NCBI GenBank assembly: GCA_963677895.2
Contig: CAXXGJ010000018.1
Location: forward strand, 512,001 to 576,000
Length of the DNA stretch: 64,000 bases
Source of the DNA: Treponemataceae bacterium
GTDB taxonomy: Bacteria; Spirochaetota; Spirochaetia; Treponematales; Rectinemataceae
Reading direction: 5' to 3'
Of the stretch, positions 17,893-27,112 are shown piece after piece; the stretch's first letter is position 1; every line of letters begins with the position of its first letter. The translations under genes were made by a program, and so were the position numbers. The notes under the pieces were generated by a model. It did no database searches and was not told where the DNA came from. It saw only the letters and a list, made by a program, of their open reading frames with translations.

Positions 17893-18870
17893 ATGAATCA
17901 GGAAAAAATCAAAGAGCTTGAAAAGACGATAAACAGTGACTACAGCAATATTGCTGGCATTATTGTTCAAAAATGCGGCGTAAAATTATTTGAAAACTAC
18001 TTTAATGGATATACCGCCGATAAGGCCGTTCATATGTATTCGGTGACTAAAAGCGTTATTTCCGCGTTGATCGGTATCGCCATCGATAAAGGTTATATAA
18101 AAAGCGTAGACCAAAAGGTATTGGACTTTTTTCCCGATTACGTTGTCGTAACAGGTGAAAAAACAATACAGCACGTTACGGTCAAAAATCTTCTTACCAT
18201 GACGGCCCCCTATAAATATAAGACGGAACCATACGTGGAGTTTTTCGCAAGCCAGACCCCGATTCTAGATGCACTCAATTTATTGGGCGGGGATGGAGTC
18301 ATCGGGGAATTTAATTATTCTGCCATCGGAGGAACCCATATTTTGTCAGGTATCCTTGTGAGGTCGACGGGACAGTCCATACTTGATTTCGCTACGAAAA
18401 ACTTATTTTCTCCACTGGGAATCAACGTTACACACAATCTGGTGTTGCGTAGTAAAGAAGAACATTTTGCCGTTATGAATGATAAAAACACAAGTGGCTG
18501 GGTTGTTGACCCACAAGGAATAAACACGGCTAGCTGGGGCCTTTTTTTAACGCCTGCGGATATGACAAAAATTGGTCAATTGTACTTAAATGATGGAACG
18601 TGGGGTGGTAACCAAATTATACCGACCGCGTGGATAAATGAGAGTACAAGAGAACATAGCCGATGCGTCCAATGGGGCAATCTAGCTTATGGCTATCTTT
18701 GGTGGATCATTGACGGGGATAGCTATGCGGCTCTGGGCGATGGCGGTAATGTTATCTATGTCAATTCAAAGAAAGAAATTATTGTTTCCATCGCTTCGCT
18801 TTTCTTGCCAGAGGCCAAGGATAGAATAGAGTTTATTAAAAAATATATCGAACCAGTTTTTAAGGATTGA
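17893..18870 (+). CDS. Serine hydrolase, beta-lactamase class C / NylB-like superfamily
   Basis: SVTK (SxxK), FNYS, LFSPLGI, YGYLWW and ALGDGG motifs. Confidence 0.88.
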   Translation: MNQEKIKELEKTINSDYSNIAGIIVQKCGVKLFENYFNGYTADKAVHMYSVTKSVISALIGIAIDKGYIKSVDQKVLDFFPDYVVVTGEKTIQHVTVKNLLTMTAPYKYKTEPYVEFFASQTPILDALNLLGGDGVIGEFNYSAIGGTHILSGILVRSTGQSILDFATKNLFSPLGINVTHNLVLRSKEEHFAVMNDKNTSGWVVDPQGINTASWGLFLTPADMTKIGQLYLNDGTWGGNQIIPTAWINESTREHSRCVQWGNLAYGYLWWIIDGDSYAALGDGGNVIYVNSKKEIIVSIASLFLPEAKDRIEFIKKYIEPVFKD

Positions 18871-18966
18871 GAATAACGAATCCTTATTTACCGGGGAGAT
18901 TGAAAGTATTATACGAAGCAGGCGAGTTTAAATTTCATTATTGGTTTGTAGAAGTGTATTGATTTT

Positions 18967-19077
18967 CAGCGGGTAGATTCAACCTGACTCGGCTATTGTC
19001 ACAGTTTGTGCTTTTGGGTTATGCCCAGCACAAACTGTGCCAATGTACGCCTCACAGGTTAAGCGAATATGCTATGC
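18967..19077 (+). repeat. Degenerate attC-like site after the serine hydrolase
   Basis: TT(C)AACCTG(A)C...ACAGTTTGTGCT..AGCACAAACTGT...CAGGTTAAGCG...GCTATGC. The L arms match the 13915 site; the R boxes are mutated. Confidence 0.65.
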
Positions 19078-19251
19078 TTTCAATAGCGTATGCACTACAA
19101 TTCGATTCTTCTTGGGTACTGGTTTCTTCTTTACGGTTGTCACCGTCATCGAGATGATGGCTCCTTCATGAATCTGAACCTCCACCTTGTCGAATTCCAC
19201 GTTTGCGAGCGCCTTCCTCAGCTCTTCGATATCTTCGTATTCCAGGGGCAT
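19072..19251 (-). CDS. 59-aa small protein, DUF2292/YezD-like (missed by the ORF track)
   Basis: GAGGT RBS. MPLEYEDIEELRKALANVEFDKVEVQIHEGAIISMTVTTVKKK... A paralog lies at 15990-16172. Confidence 0.55.
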   Translation of the reverse strand: MPLEYEDIEELRKALANVEFDKVEVQIHEGAIISMTVTTVKKKPVPKKNRIVVHTLLKA

Positions 19252-19275
19252 TGCTGTACCTCAATCGATGTATGA

Positions 19276-19758
19276 CTATGCGTTCGCCGGTAGTGACACC
19301 CACTTGGCCATGCTCAGTTTCTGCATGAATCCGGCCAGTTTCTTCGAGTTTTCAGCACGTTCTTCCTCGGAAATCTCAGGTTGATTGAAGGAGATTCCCG
19401 AGCTCCAGCGTTCCGGAATACTTCGCTCCTGGGAGGGCGATGACTGCATGAGCGAGAGTATCTCCTGGATGTTCTTCGCGAAGCTCGAGAAGGCGAAAGA
19501 CCACTGGCGTTTCTCCAGAGGCGTCTCTTTTGGCATTCGCTTGTAGGCGAACCAGAGATCCCGCCAGTTGTCGAAGTAGTAGTCGACGGCGCGCAGTCCA
19601 AGCTTGATGTCTTTCCCGAGGACTTCGAAGAGTTCCTTCGCCGCAAGGTTTGCCCGTTCGTCCGGAAGGATGGTAAGGCTCGTGATCTTGTTGAATTTCT
19701 GAAACCAATAGCCGACGATCTGGAATTGCGGGAGCTCATATTCTGAGGCTTTGGGCAA
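19276..19758 (-). CDS. Hypothetical protein at the island end, possibly 5'-truncated and phage/element-derived
   Basis: 160-aa ORF with a TTG start and no clear RBS. Its C-terminus is conserved in the decayed copy at about 16200-16295. Confidence 0.55.
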   Translation of the reverse strand: MPKASEYELPQFQIVGYWFQKFNKITSLTILPDERANLAAKELFEVLGKDIKLGLRAVDYYFDNWRDLWFAYKRMPKETPLEKRQWSFAFSSFAKNIQEILSLMQSSPSQERSIPERWSSGISFNQPEISEEERAENSKKLAGFMQKLSMAKWVSLPANA

Positions 19759-19796
19759 ATATTTGTCAATATAAACACATACTTTTTCACATACCC

Positions 19797-19853
19797 TAAA
19801 AAAAGAGGCTGGTAAATCCTTATAATAAAAGGATTTACCAGCCTCTTTTTTTA
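19797..19853. terminator. Long inverted repeat immediately downstream of tRNA-Glu (terminator-like)
   Basis: TAAAAAAAGAGGCTGGTAAATCCTT-ataataa-AAGGATTTACCAGCCTCTTTTTTTA. Confidence 0.75.
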
Positions 19854-19923
19854 GCCCCTAGGGGAGTCGAACCCCTCTTTAAAGATTGAGAATCTTTTGT
19901 CCTAACCGATAGACGAAGGGGCC
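19852..19923 (-). tRNA. tRNA-Glu (anticodon CTC)
   Basis: Cloverleaf GGCCCCT...AAAGA TT-CTC-AA TCTTT...GGTTCGACTCC...AGGGGCTA. CCA is not encoded. Confidence 0.96.
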
Positions 19924-20025
19924 TCGTGAAAGAAATGGCTCTCTGTTCGAGAGCCATTTCTTTCACAAGCGAGATTTTCGCCCGCGGCTCAAATCTCGCA
20001 TCGCATCCGATCGGTAAAACCCGAG

Positions 20026-20096
20026 TTCCCCAGGGAGGATTTGAACCCCCACAAGCAGATCCAGAGTCTGCCGTGCTACCATTACACAACCGGGGA
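20026..20096 (-). tRNA. tRNA-Gln (anticodon CTG)
   Basis: TCCCCGG...GCAGA CT-CTG-GA TCTGC...GGTTCAAATCC...CTGGGGAA. Confidence 0.96.
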
Positions 20097-20189
20097 ATGA
20101 CGTCAACGGCAGATAAAATAGCGCAGCTGGCGCCCTTAGTCAATACCTCGGGAAGTTCAAAAAATAATCGTGCTGGTGAAAAATCTTCA

Positions 20190-20249
20190 TTGACAAGTCG
20201 CCATAAGGGATTTATTCTTAAAGAGAAAAAGATATGCACAAATGTGCAT
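20190..20249 (+). promoter_or_regulatory. Promoter and palindromic operator of the sugar operon
   Basis: TTGACA-N17-TATTCT, followed by ATGCACA-AA-TGTGCAT at 20234-20249. Confidence 0.6.
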
Positions 20250-20295
20250 TATGAATCGACAGGAATCCCAGTTTAGCCCTGGAGAGGAGAGAAGG

Positions 20296-21024
20296 ATGAC
20301 AGGTGGAATCGCGCGCGGAACGGAGCGACTTTTCGACGACAAGGGGCATCTCTTTCTTCTCGCCCTCGACCACGCGCAGAGCGGCGTGATGCCGGGGCTG
20401 GAAAACTCTGGCGGACTCATGACGAAACTAGCCTCTTCCGCCCTGGATGGCTTCATCCTCAACATAGGCATGAGCGGGCGGATGGCCGCGCCGCCTTTCC
20501 TCAGGAAGAAACTCGTGCTGCGCACATCCTTCGGAGGATCCATGCTCGCGAGCGATTACTCGACCGTGCACGCCAACCACGTGAGTCCGGAAACCGCACT
20601 CTCCGTCGGCGCCGACGCCGTCCTCATGATGGCGGTGATAGGCGGCACGGATTACAAGAGCCTTCAGAAGGTTGCCGCCGATATAGACCGGTTTCACCAG
20701 CTTTCCATTCCCGTAATCGTGGAGATCCTCGCCGCCGACTTCACCAAGACCAGCAGTTTCGATATTCAATATAATGGGGCACGCATCGCAGCCGAGCTGG
20801 GTGCCGACGTCGTGAAAGCCTTCTTCGTGGAGGGTTTCGATAAAGTGACGGCATGCTGTCCTGTGCCGGTCATCCTCGCCGGCGGACCCAAGGACCGCGA
20901 CATCGCCGCCGTGGCGGCTCAGGCGCTCTCCGAGGGAGCGAGGGGCTTCGCTTTTGGCCGCAACATCTTCCAGGCGGCAGATCCCGAAGCTGTCGTGGAA
21001 AAGCTGGGCGGACTTCTGAAATGA
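20296..21024 (+). CDS. Class I aldolase, DhnA/LsrF family
   Basis: LALDH, AAELGADVVK (Schiff-base Lys), ILAGGPK and GRNIFQ motifs. Confidence 0.88.
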   Translation: MTGGIARGTERLFDDKGHLFLLALDHAQSGVMPGLENSGGLMTKLASSALDGFILNIGMSGRMAAPPFLRKKLVLRTSFGGSMLASDYSTVHANHVSPETALSVGADAVLMMAVIGGTDYKSLQKVAADIDRFHQLSIPVIVEILAADFTKTSSFDIQYNGARIAAELGADVVKAFFVEGFDKVTACCPVPVILAGGPKDRDIAAVAAQALSEGARGFAFGRNIFQAADPEAVVEKLGGLLK

Positions 21025-22037
21025 AGGCCGGGCCTGATGCTTCGACAATCTACAGGATCGCGCGATATTACTATGTCGAGGGATTGTCACAGGAGGAGAT
21101 AGGAGCCAAGGAAGGATTTTCCCGCTCCCAGATCTCGAGACTCCTCGAAAGGGCGAAGGATCTCGGTCTGGTGAAGATCACCGTCCTTCCGCCGGCCGAT
21201 CTGCGCACCGAAGAGCTGGCCAGGATCCTCGTGGACAGCTTACGCCTGCGCACCGCGATCGTGGTCCCCGTGAGGAAGAACGCCGACGCCGACGACATAG
21301 CGCTGGCCATCGCCACGCGGGCGGCGGACTGTCTCCCCGGATTATTGTCGAACTTCGGTGTAGTGGGGCTTGGCTGGGGCCACACTCTGTACCGGACGGC
21401 CGAGCTTCTGCCCAGGAATTCCGACAAGACGGGCAAGCCTCTTTTCGTGCCTCTCATCGGAACTTCAGGCGACGACAATCCCGATCTGCAGATAAACACG
21501 ATCATCGATAGATTCAGCTCCTCATTTAGGTCCAAAGGCCTCTTCGTGAACATGCCTTCGGTGCGCGAAAAAGGCAGGCCGCTCTCGAAAATCGAGGAGA
21601 AGAGGATCGCGAGCCTCGAGGAATACTGGAACGCGATGGAAGCCGTGGTGGTCGGGCTGGGCGTTCCCCCCTCGGAATCCCCGAACCTGATAGCCGAACT
21701 CCCCATGGAATACAGGGACGAGCTCAAGAAAAGCGCGTCCTGCGGGGATATTTTGGCCCATTATTTCGACGCCGACGGAAAGATATTCCAGCCCGAGAAC
21801 AGCTGTGATCTTCTGGCCTTCGACATCACGAAGCTCCCCGGAATCAGGCAATCGATCTGTCTTGCCGGGGGGCGCAACAAGCACAGGGGAATCTTGGCCG
21901 CGGCACGCTCCGGGTACATCACCGATCTCGTCACGGACGAATGGACCGCGCTCGCGGTCCTGGAACTCCTGGGCGAGGGGGGCAGGCTGCCGGCGGGTGC
22001 CCTTCACAAACCCGGACAGAAAGGGAGCGGCGCATGA
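21021..22037 (+). CDS. SorC/DeoR-type sugar-binding transcriptional regulator
   Basis: IARYYYVEGLSQEEI...SRSQISRLL HTH, GLGWGHT, GDILAHYFDADG and LVTDE. Confidence 0.9.
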   Translation: MKAGPDASTIYRIARYYYVEGLSQEEIGAKEGFSRSQISRLLERAKDLGLVKITVLPPADLRTEELARILVDSLRLRTAIVVPVRKNADADDIALAIATRAADCLPGLLSNFGVVGLGWGHTLYRTAELLPRNSDKTGKPLFVPLIGTSGDDNPDLQINTIIDRFSSSFRSKGLFVNMPSVREKGRPLSKIEEKRIASLEEYWNAMEAVVVGLGVPPSESPNLIAELPMEYRDELKKSASCGDILAHYFDADGKIFQPENSCDLLAFDITKLPGIRQSICLAGGRNKHRGILAAARSGYITDLVTDEWTALAVLELLGEGGRLPAGALHKPGQKGSGA

Positions 22038-23002
22038 AAGCACTCGTCTATACGGGCATTGGATGCCTGGAAATGCGTGACATCCCCAAACCGGATGCCG
22101 ATTTTATCGTGAAAGTCTCCGGTTGCGGCATTTGCGGAACCGATCTTAAGACCTATCTCAAGGGGCACCATTTTTTCCCGCCTCCCGCGGTTCTGGGACA
22201 CGAGTTTTTCGGCGTGGTGGACAAGACTTTCCCAGGAAGCGGATACGAGGTTGGAGATCCCGTGGTCGTCGCGCCCTACGCGGAGTGCGGCGTCTGCTCG
22301 CTGTGCCGCGTGGGCGCGGGAACGCTCTGCAGGCATAAGATGTTCGTGGACGGAGGCGCGTTCTGCGAATATGTGGGAATACCCGCCGGCTATGTCGGCA
22401 CGGGGGTATTCCGAATTCCCGCGGCCGATGACAGCTTTACCCTCGTGGAACCGCTCGCCTGCGTCCTGAACGGCATCGAGCACCTGAGGCTAAGGGAAGG
22501 AAGCAAGGCCCTCGTGGTGGGCTCAGGTCCGATGGGCGCGCTCTTCGCCCTGGTGTTCAAGGCCAAGGGAATACCCGTCACCGTGGTCGAACCCGGAATC
22601 CTGCGCAGGGAAAAAGTGGCGTCTTGGGGCATCGACGCGAGGGAGCCCGGAGCCGTTACCGTCGCGGACTACGACAATATTGTCATCGCCGTGAATAAAA
22701 AGGAACTGGTGGCCGATTACGCCAAAGCCGTGGGGGACGCCGGCACCATACTCATGTTCGCCGGCCTCGGGAAGGAAGAGTCGGTCGCGATAGACGCCTA
22801 CTCCATCCATTACAGGGAAGTGGCGCTCGTGGGCTGCTCGGGATACGCGATACGGCATTTCAGGCAGGCGCTCGCCCTCATCATAGAACACAGGGAGGAA
22901 TTTTCCCGCGTCATAACGCACAGGATGCCTCTCGCGGAAGGGGCCGCGGCCTTCAATCTGCTCTCCGGCGGTCAGGCCTTCAAGATAGTCCTGAAACCAT
23001 AG
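22034..23002 (+). CDS. Zinc-dependent (polyol/sugar) alcohol dehydrogenase
   Basis: CGICGTD, GHE, CGVCSLC...C structural Zn site, and GSGPMG. Confidence 0.9.
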   Translation: MKALVYTGIGCLEMRDIPKPDADFIVKVSGCGICGTDLKTYLKGHHFFPPPAVLGHEFFGVVDKTFPGSGYEVGDPVVVAPYAECGVCSLCRVGAGTLCRHKMFVDGGAFCEYVGIPAGYVGTGVFRIPAADDSFTLVEPLACVLNGIEHLRLREGSKALVVGSGPMGALFALVFKAKGIPVTVVEPGILRREKVASWGIDAREPGAVTVADYDNIVIAVNKKELVADYAKAVGDAGTILMFAGLGKEESVAIDAYSIHYREVALVGCSGYAIRHFRQALALIIEHREEFSRVITHRMPLAEGAAAFNLLSGGQAFKIVLKP

Positions 23003-23014
23003 GAGCGGCGAACC

Positions 23015-24037
23015 ATGAAGCTTGGAATACTTTTCGGACCGGGCTCAGGCGACGGCGGTTCGATCCGCGCCGAGAAACTGCTCGCGCGGAGGCTTGAGGG
23101 GCAGAGCGTGGCCGTCTGCCAAGGCCTCTTCGGGGGAAGCAGGCGGCCGGGAGATTCCGGGGGCTCCGAGGCCACGGCTCTCTGGGAGAGACTCGCCGTC
23201 GCGCCTTCTGGTCATCCTGATGGCTACGTGGGAGAACTACGCGCCGCGGTTGCCGCGCTCTCCGCCTGGGAGGCCGAACTCCTCGTATGCGTGGGCGGGG
23301 ACGGGCTTGCCTCCTACGCCGCTGACGCCATGCTCGCGGGGCTCAAGCCCGTGCCGCTTCTGGGCATCGCCGCGGGCACGATAAACGTGGGGCCGATCGT
23401 CTCGCTGGGACTGGACGGTATCGCCGACCTCGATCCGGAAAAGCTGAAGATAGAAAAGGTCGGCGCCGTCGAGGTATCGCTGGATGGCGTCCACCTCGCC
23501 TATGGGTTCAACGACATCGTCATCGGCGACACCTTTCTCGGCATGATGGACGGCGCGGCGAAAAGCCTTTCGGTCCGGGCAATGCTGGAGAAAGGCGAGA
23601 AAAGAGAAGCTTCGCCTTCCCCCGACATCGTCGGTCCGGCCTTCACGGTGAGGAAAAACGGGATCGGCATCGAACCCGGCATGCGCAGGCCGGCCCAGAT
23701 CATCGTTTCGCCGCTCGGGAAGCGCGAATTCTACGCCAGGGCGATCGCGGGAGTCCTCTGCGACGCCGCCTACATGAAAGGCGCGGCGGCCATGGCGCTT
23801 TTCGATTCGGTCATCGTGAGAGCCGGAAGCCCGGAACGCGGCATCTCCGATTTTTCCGCGACCGAACAGCTTCTTTTCGGCCCGGGGGACTGGGTGGAAA
23901 TAAGCGGTCTCGCCGCCGCCGGACAGATCGTCGTCGATGGAAATCCCTTCGCCCGTACGGGCGATCGCGTTCGGTTCAGGTCGATGCCGGACCTGGTCGA
24001 CGTAGCCAAGCTGCATCATTTCGGTATGGAGGCATAG
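23015..24037 (+). CDS. ATP-NAD kinase-like / GGDG-motif kinase
   Basis: VCVGGDG, LGIAAGTIN, FNDIVI and VVDGN match the NAD-kinase superfamily layout. Confidence 0.6.
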   Translation: MKLGILFGPGSGDGGSIRAEKLLARRLEGQSVAVCQGLFGGSRRPGDSGGSEATALWERLAVAPSGHPDGYVGELRAAVAALSAWEAELLVCVGGDGLASYAADAMLAGLKPVPLLGIAAGTINVGPIVSLGLDGIADLDPEKLKIEKVGAVEVSLDGVHLAYGFNDIVIGDTFLGMMDGAAKSLSVRAMLEKGEKREASPSPDIVGPAFTVRKNGIGIEPGMRRPAQIIVSPLGKREFYARAIAGVLCDAAYMKGAAAMALFDSVIVRAGSPERGISDFSATEQLLFGPGDWVEISGLAAAGQIVVDGNPFARTGDRVRFRSMPDLVDVAKLHHFGMEA

Positions 24038-24038
24038 G

Positions 24039-24956
24039 ATGGATTCCGGCAGAAGCATGCCCAGGATGAAGAACAATCTCCAGGCCAGGGAACAGAGGAG
24101 GGCCGCCGCGGTGATGATGACGCCGCTTCTCCTCACGCTGTTTTTCCTCTTCCTCCTGCCGGTGGCCTTCGTCGTCATGATGAGCTTCACCAACTGGAGC
24201 CTTACGACGCCGACGCGCGCCTTCGTGGGACTGAAGAACTTCCTCTTCGTCCTCAAGGATGAGCGATTCTGGAAGGCGCTCGGCAACACGGTTTTCTATA
24301 CGGCGATAAAGCTCGTGGCCGACACCGGCCTCGCTCTCTTCATAGCCACCCTCCTGGACAGGAAACTGCATCTGCGGCGTTTTTTCAGAATCGCGCATTT
24401 CGCGCCCGTCGTGGTCCCCATCACGGCATCGAGCCTGATCTGGCTCTGGTTCTACGACCCCGGCATCGGCCCCCTCAACCAGATCCTCGTAAGCCTCGGC
24501 CTTCCGGCCATGCAATGGCTCTACAGCGAAAAGACGGCCTTGCTTTCGGTGATCCTGTTCTCCGTCTGGAAAGGACTGGGCTACAACGTCATCCTCTTCC
24601 TCGCCGGACTCCAGAGCATCCCCGAATCCTATCTCGAGGCGGCACGCATCGATGGAGCGAGCGAGAAGCAGGTGTTCTTCAAGATAAAGCTGCCTCTTCT
24701 CGCGCCCGTCACCTCCTTCGTGATCATGATGGGCGTCATCAACTGCCTGAAAGTATTCACGGAGGTGGACGTGATGACGCCCAATCACGGGCCGCTGGAA
24801 TCGACGCTCCTCCTCGTCTCGTACATCTACGACCAGTCATTCACGAGGGGGAGGATGGGCCGCGGAGCCGCGACGGCCCTCCTTTTGTTCCTGCTGATAT
24901 TCGGGTTCACCCTGCTGCAGAGAGCCTTCGGGCGTAAAAACGTAAGTTACGACTGA
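24039..24956 (+). CDS. Carbohydrate ABC transporter permease
   Basis: FVGLKNF, WKGLGYN and the EAARIDGA (EAA) motif. Confidence 0.92.
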   Translation: MDSGRSMPRMKNNLQAREQRRAAAVMMTPLLLTLFFLFLLPVAFVVMMSFTNWSLTTPTRAFVGLKNFLFVLKDERFWKALGNTVFYTAIKLVADTGLALFIATLLDRKLHLRRFFRIAHFAPVVVPITASSLIWLWFYDPGIGPLNQILVSLGLPAMQWLYSEKTALLSVILFSVWKGLGYNVILFLAGLQSIPESYLEAARIDGASEKQVFFKIKLPLLAPVTSFVIMMGVINCLKVFTEVDVMTPNHGPLESTLLLVSYIYDQSFTRGRMGRGAATALLLFLLIFGFTLLQRAFGRKNVSYD

Positions 24957-24967
24957 GGGAGGAAAGC

Positions 24968-25796
24968 ATGAACAAAAAAAAAGCGCAAGCGCTATCCGGC
25001 CGTCTTCATATTCCTGACATTGAGCTCCCTGCTCATGATTTTTCCCTTCGTTTGGATGTTCCTGTCCTCTTTCAAGACCTCGGCCGATGTCTACAGCTAC
25101 CCGCCCAAGTGGATCCCGAGCTCTTTCCAGCTGACCAATTTTTTCGAAGTGTTCAAGAAGATTCCCTTCCTGAGATTTTACGCGAACAGCATCGTCATCG
25201 CCATCGTGCAGACCTTCCTGCAGATACTCATCTCGGCGATGGGCGCCTTCGCCCTCACGAAGCTGGAATTTCCGGGGCGGAAAAAGATGTTCACCTTCAT
25301 GCAGAGCAGCATGTATGTCCCCGAAGTGGTGACGATGATACCGCTCTTTCTCCTCGCCTCCTGGGCGGGGCTGGTGGACACCTACGCGGGACTCATCCTG
25401 GGGGGCCTCACCTGCGCCTTCACGACGATACTCCTGATGTCCTTCTTCGAGATCATCCCGAACGACCTCCTGGACGCGGCCAAGATCGACGGCTGCGGCT
25501 ATTACAGGATTTTCCTCCAGGTGGTCATACCCAACTCGAGGACCGCTATCGGGACGGCTTCCCTCTTCGCCTTCCTCACGCATTGGCGAAGCTACATGTG
25601 GCCGTTGATCATCACGAACAACGTGAAGCTGAGGACGCTGCCCATCGGGCTGAAATACCTGGTTCAGGAGACCTCCTCCGAATACCAGGTTCTCATGGCC
25701 GCCTCCCTCATGGCGATAATACCTGTGCTTCTGGTGTACATGCTGATGGAAAAGGAGTTCGTGCAGTCCATAACGCTGACCGGACTCAAGTCATAG
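24968..25796 (+). CDS. Carbohydrate ABC transporter permease, +1 frameshift in the A9 tract at 24974-24982
   Basis: GGAGG RBS and ATG at 24968. With A8 it reads MNKKKRKRYPAVFIFLTLSSLLMIFPF into the 25020 ORF. DAAKIDG motif. Confidence 0.85.
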
Positions 25797-25863
25797 CTCG
25801 AGATACGGAGCCGACCTGCGCGCGGCTCGATACGGGAAGGAAAACCTTCCAGGAGGTAGGGGA

Positions 25864-27108
25864 ATGAAACGAACGGTATTGGTGCTGGCTGCTCTGCTCG
25901 CCCTATGCGCGGCGGTGATCCCCGTCGCGGCCCAGACGAAGCTCAAGGTATGGTACGCCATTTCGGGAGATTCGGGCGAAGCGTTCAAGGCGATGCTGGA
26001 AAAATACGACGCGGCGAACGACGACGTCGCGCTCGAGTATTCCTATTCGGGCAACTACGGCGACACGGCCACGAAGGTCAGCGCCGCCCTGGTATCCAAC
26101 ACGGCCCCCGACGTCGCGCTGATGGCGGCGGGACCTCTCTACACGGGCGCCCGCAACGACTTCTTCATCGAAGAGAAAATCAACGAGCCCGATTTCCAGA
26201 AGAACGACATATACCCCGGCGTGTGGGACTACGCCAAATTCAACGGCAGGATATGCGCGGTTCCCTACGGCATCTCCACGCCTGTTCTCTACTACAACAA
26301 GGCCGTCATCGAAAAGGCCGGAATCAGCCTCAAGAATCCGCCCAAGACATGGGCCGAATTCGTCCCGATCGCCAAGGCCGCCCAGGCCAAGGGCAATATC
26401 AACGGCGGCGCCGATTTCTGGGGCTTCGATGTCACGGACGTGGGCTGGCTCTTCAAGACAATGCTCAACCAGAACGGGAACGGCGTCATCTCGGTGAAAG
26501 GCACTAAAATCGCGCCCGCCTTCGACGACGAAAAAGCCGTCGAAGTGGCCACCTTCTGGGAAAAGCTCACCGCCGATAAGCTGATGGCGGTTGGACAGCA
26601 TTCCAACGCCGAGAAGAAGTTCCTCGCCGGGAACCTGGCTTTCCTCGTGGCCACATCGGCCAGGATAGCCCGCTGGTCGGCCGACCCCACGCTGAAGATC
26701 GGCGCCATCCCGATGCCCTATTTCCAGAAACCCTCGGTAGCCTTAGGCGGCAATGTCCTCATCATCCTCAGCAAGGATCAGAAGATGAAGGAAGCTTCCT
26801 GGAAGCTCGTGAAGTACCTCGCCAGCAAGGAAAACCAGACCACCTTCGCCTTGAAGACCGGCTATCTGCCGATACGCAAATCGGGTCTCAGCCTTCCGGC
26901 GGCAGCGGCGGCGGTCGAAAAGAACGCGATGTTCTCGGTCGCCTTCGATCAGCTCGACAACAGCTGGTCATACTGGCATTTCGACCAGATGGGTACCATG
27001 GACCAGATTCTGGCGCAGACGATAGACACCATCGAGCGAAAGGTCCGCGATCCGAAGGCGGCGCTCGAGAAAGCCGCGGCCGAACTCCAAGCCGAAATCG
27101 ACGGCTGA
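25864..27108 (+). CDS. ABC transporter substrate-binding protein (UgpB/CUT1-like)
   Basis: Signal peptide; PYGISTPVLYYNK, PPKTWAE and KTGYLPIRKS. Confidence 0.9.
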   Translation: MKRTVLVLAALLALCAAVIPVAAQTKLKVWYAISGDSGEAFKAMLEKYDAANDDVALEYSYSGNYGDTATKVSAALVSNTAPDVALMAAGPLYTGARNDFFIEEKINEPDFQKNDIYPGVWDYAKFNGRICAVPYGISTPVLYYNKAVIEKAGISLKNPPKTWAEFVPIAKAAQAKGNINGGADFWGFDVTDVGWLFKTMLNQNGNGVISVKGTKIAPAFDDEKAVEVATFWEKLTADKLMAVGQHSNAEKKFLAGNLAFLVATSARIARWSADPTLKIGAIPMPYFQKPSVALGGNVLIILSKDQKMKEASWKLVKYLASKENQTTFALKTGYLPIRKSGLSLPAAAAAVEKNAMFSVAFDQLDNSWSYWHFDQMGTMDQILAQTIDTIERKVRDPKAALEKAAAELQAEIDG

Positions 27109-27112
27109 TTCG

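Larger units (their letters stand above)
7530..19863. mobile_element. Genomic island integrated at the 3' end of tRNA-Glu(CTC); no integrase seen
   Basis: 16-bp direct repeat of the tRNA 3' end at both borders. Visibly lower GC than the flanks. Cargo of RHS toxin, Fic, IS remnant, attC-like sites and pseudogenes. Confidence 0.8.

Noticed and set aside
17893..18870. True beta-lactamase resistance gene
   Set aside because: No signal peptide and no YxN/KTG class C motifs; it is a generic serine hydrolase.
13900..19100. Recurring hairpin motifs as a CRISPR array
   Set aside because: Repeats are neither identical nor regularly spaced, and no cas genes are present. They fit attC better.
19835..20276. 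ORFs spanning the tRNA genes
   Set aside because: They overlap two clear tRNAs and are spurious.
20296..22037. Lsr (AI-2) quorum-sensing operon
   Set aside because: The aldolase and regulator are only family-level relatives. LsrK and LsrG are absent, and the transporter is CUT1-type rather than LsrACDB-type.
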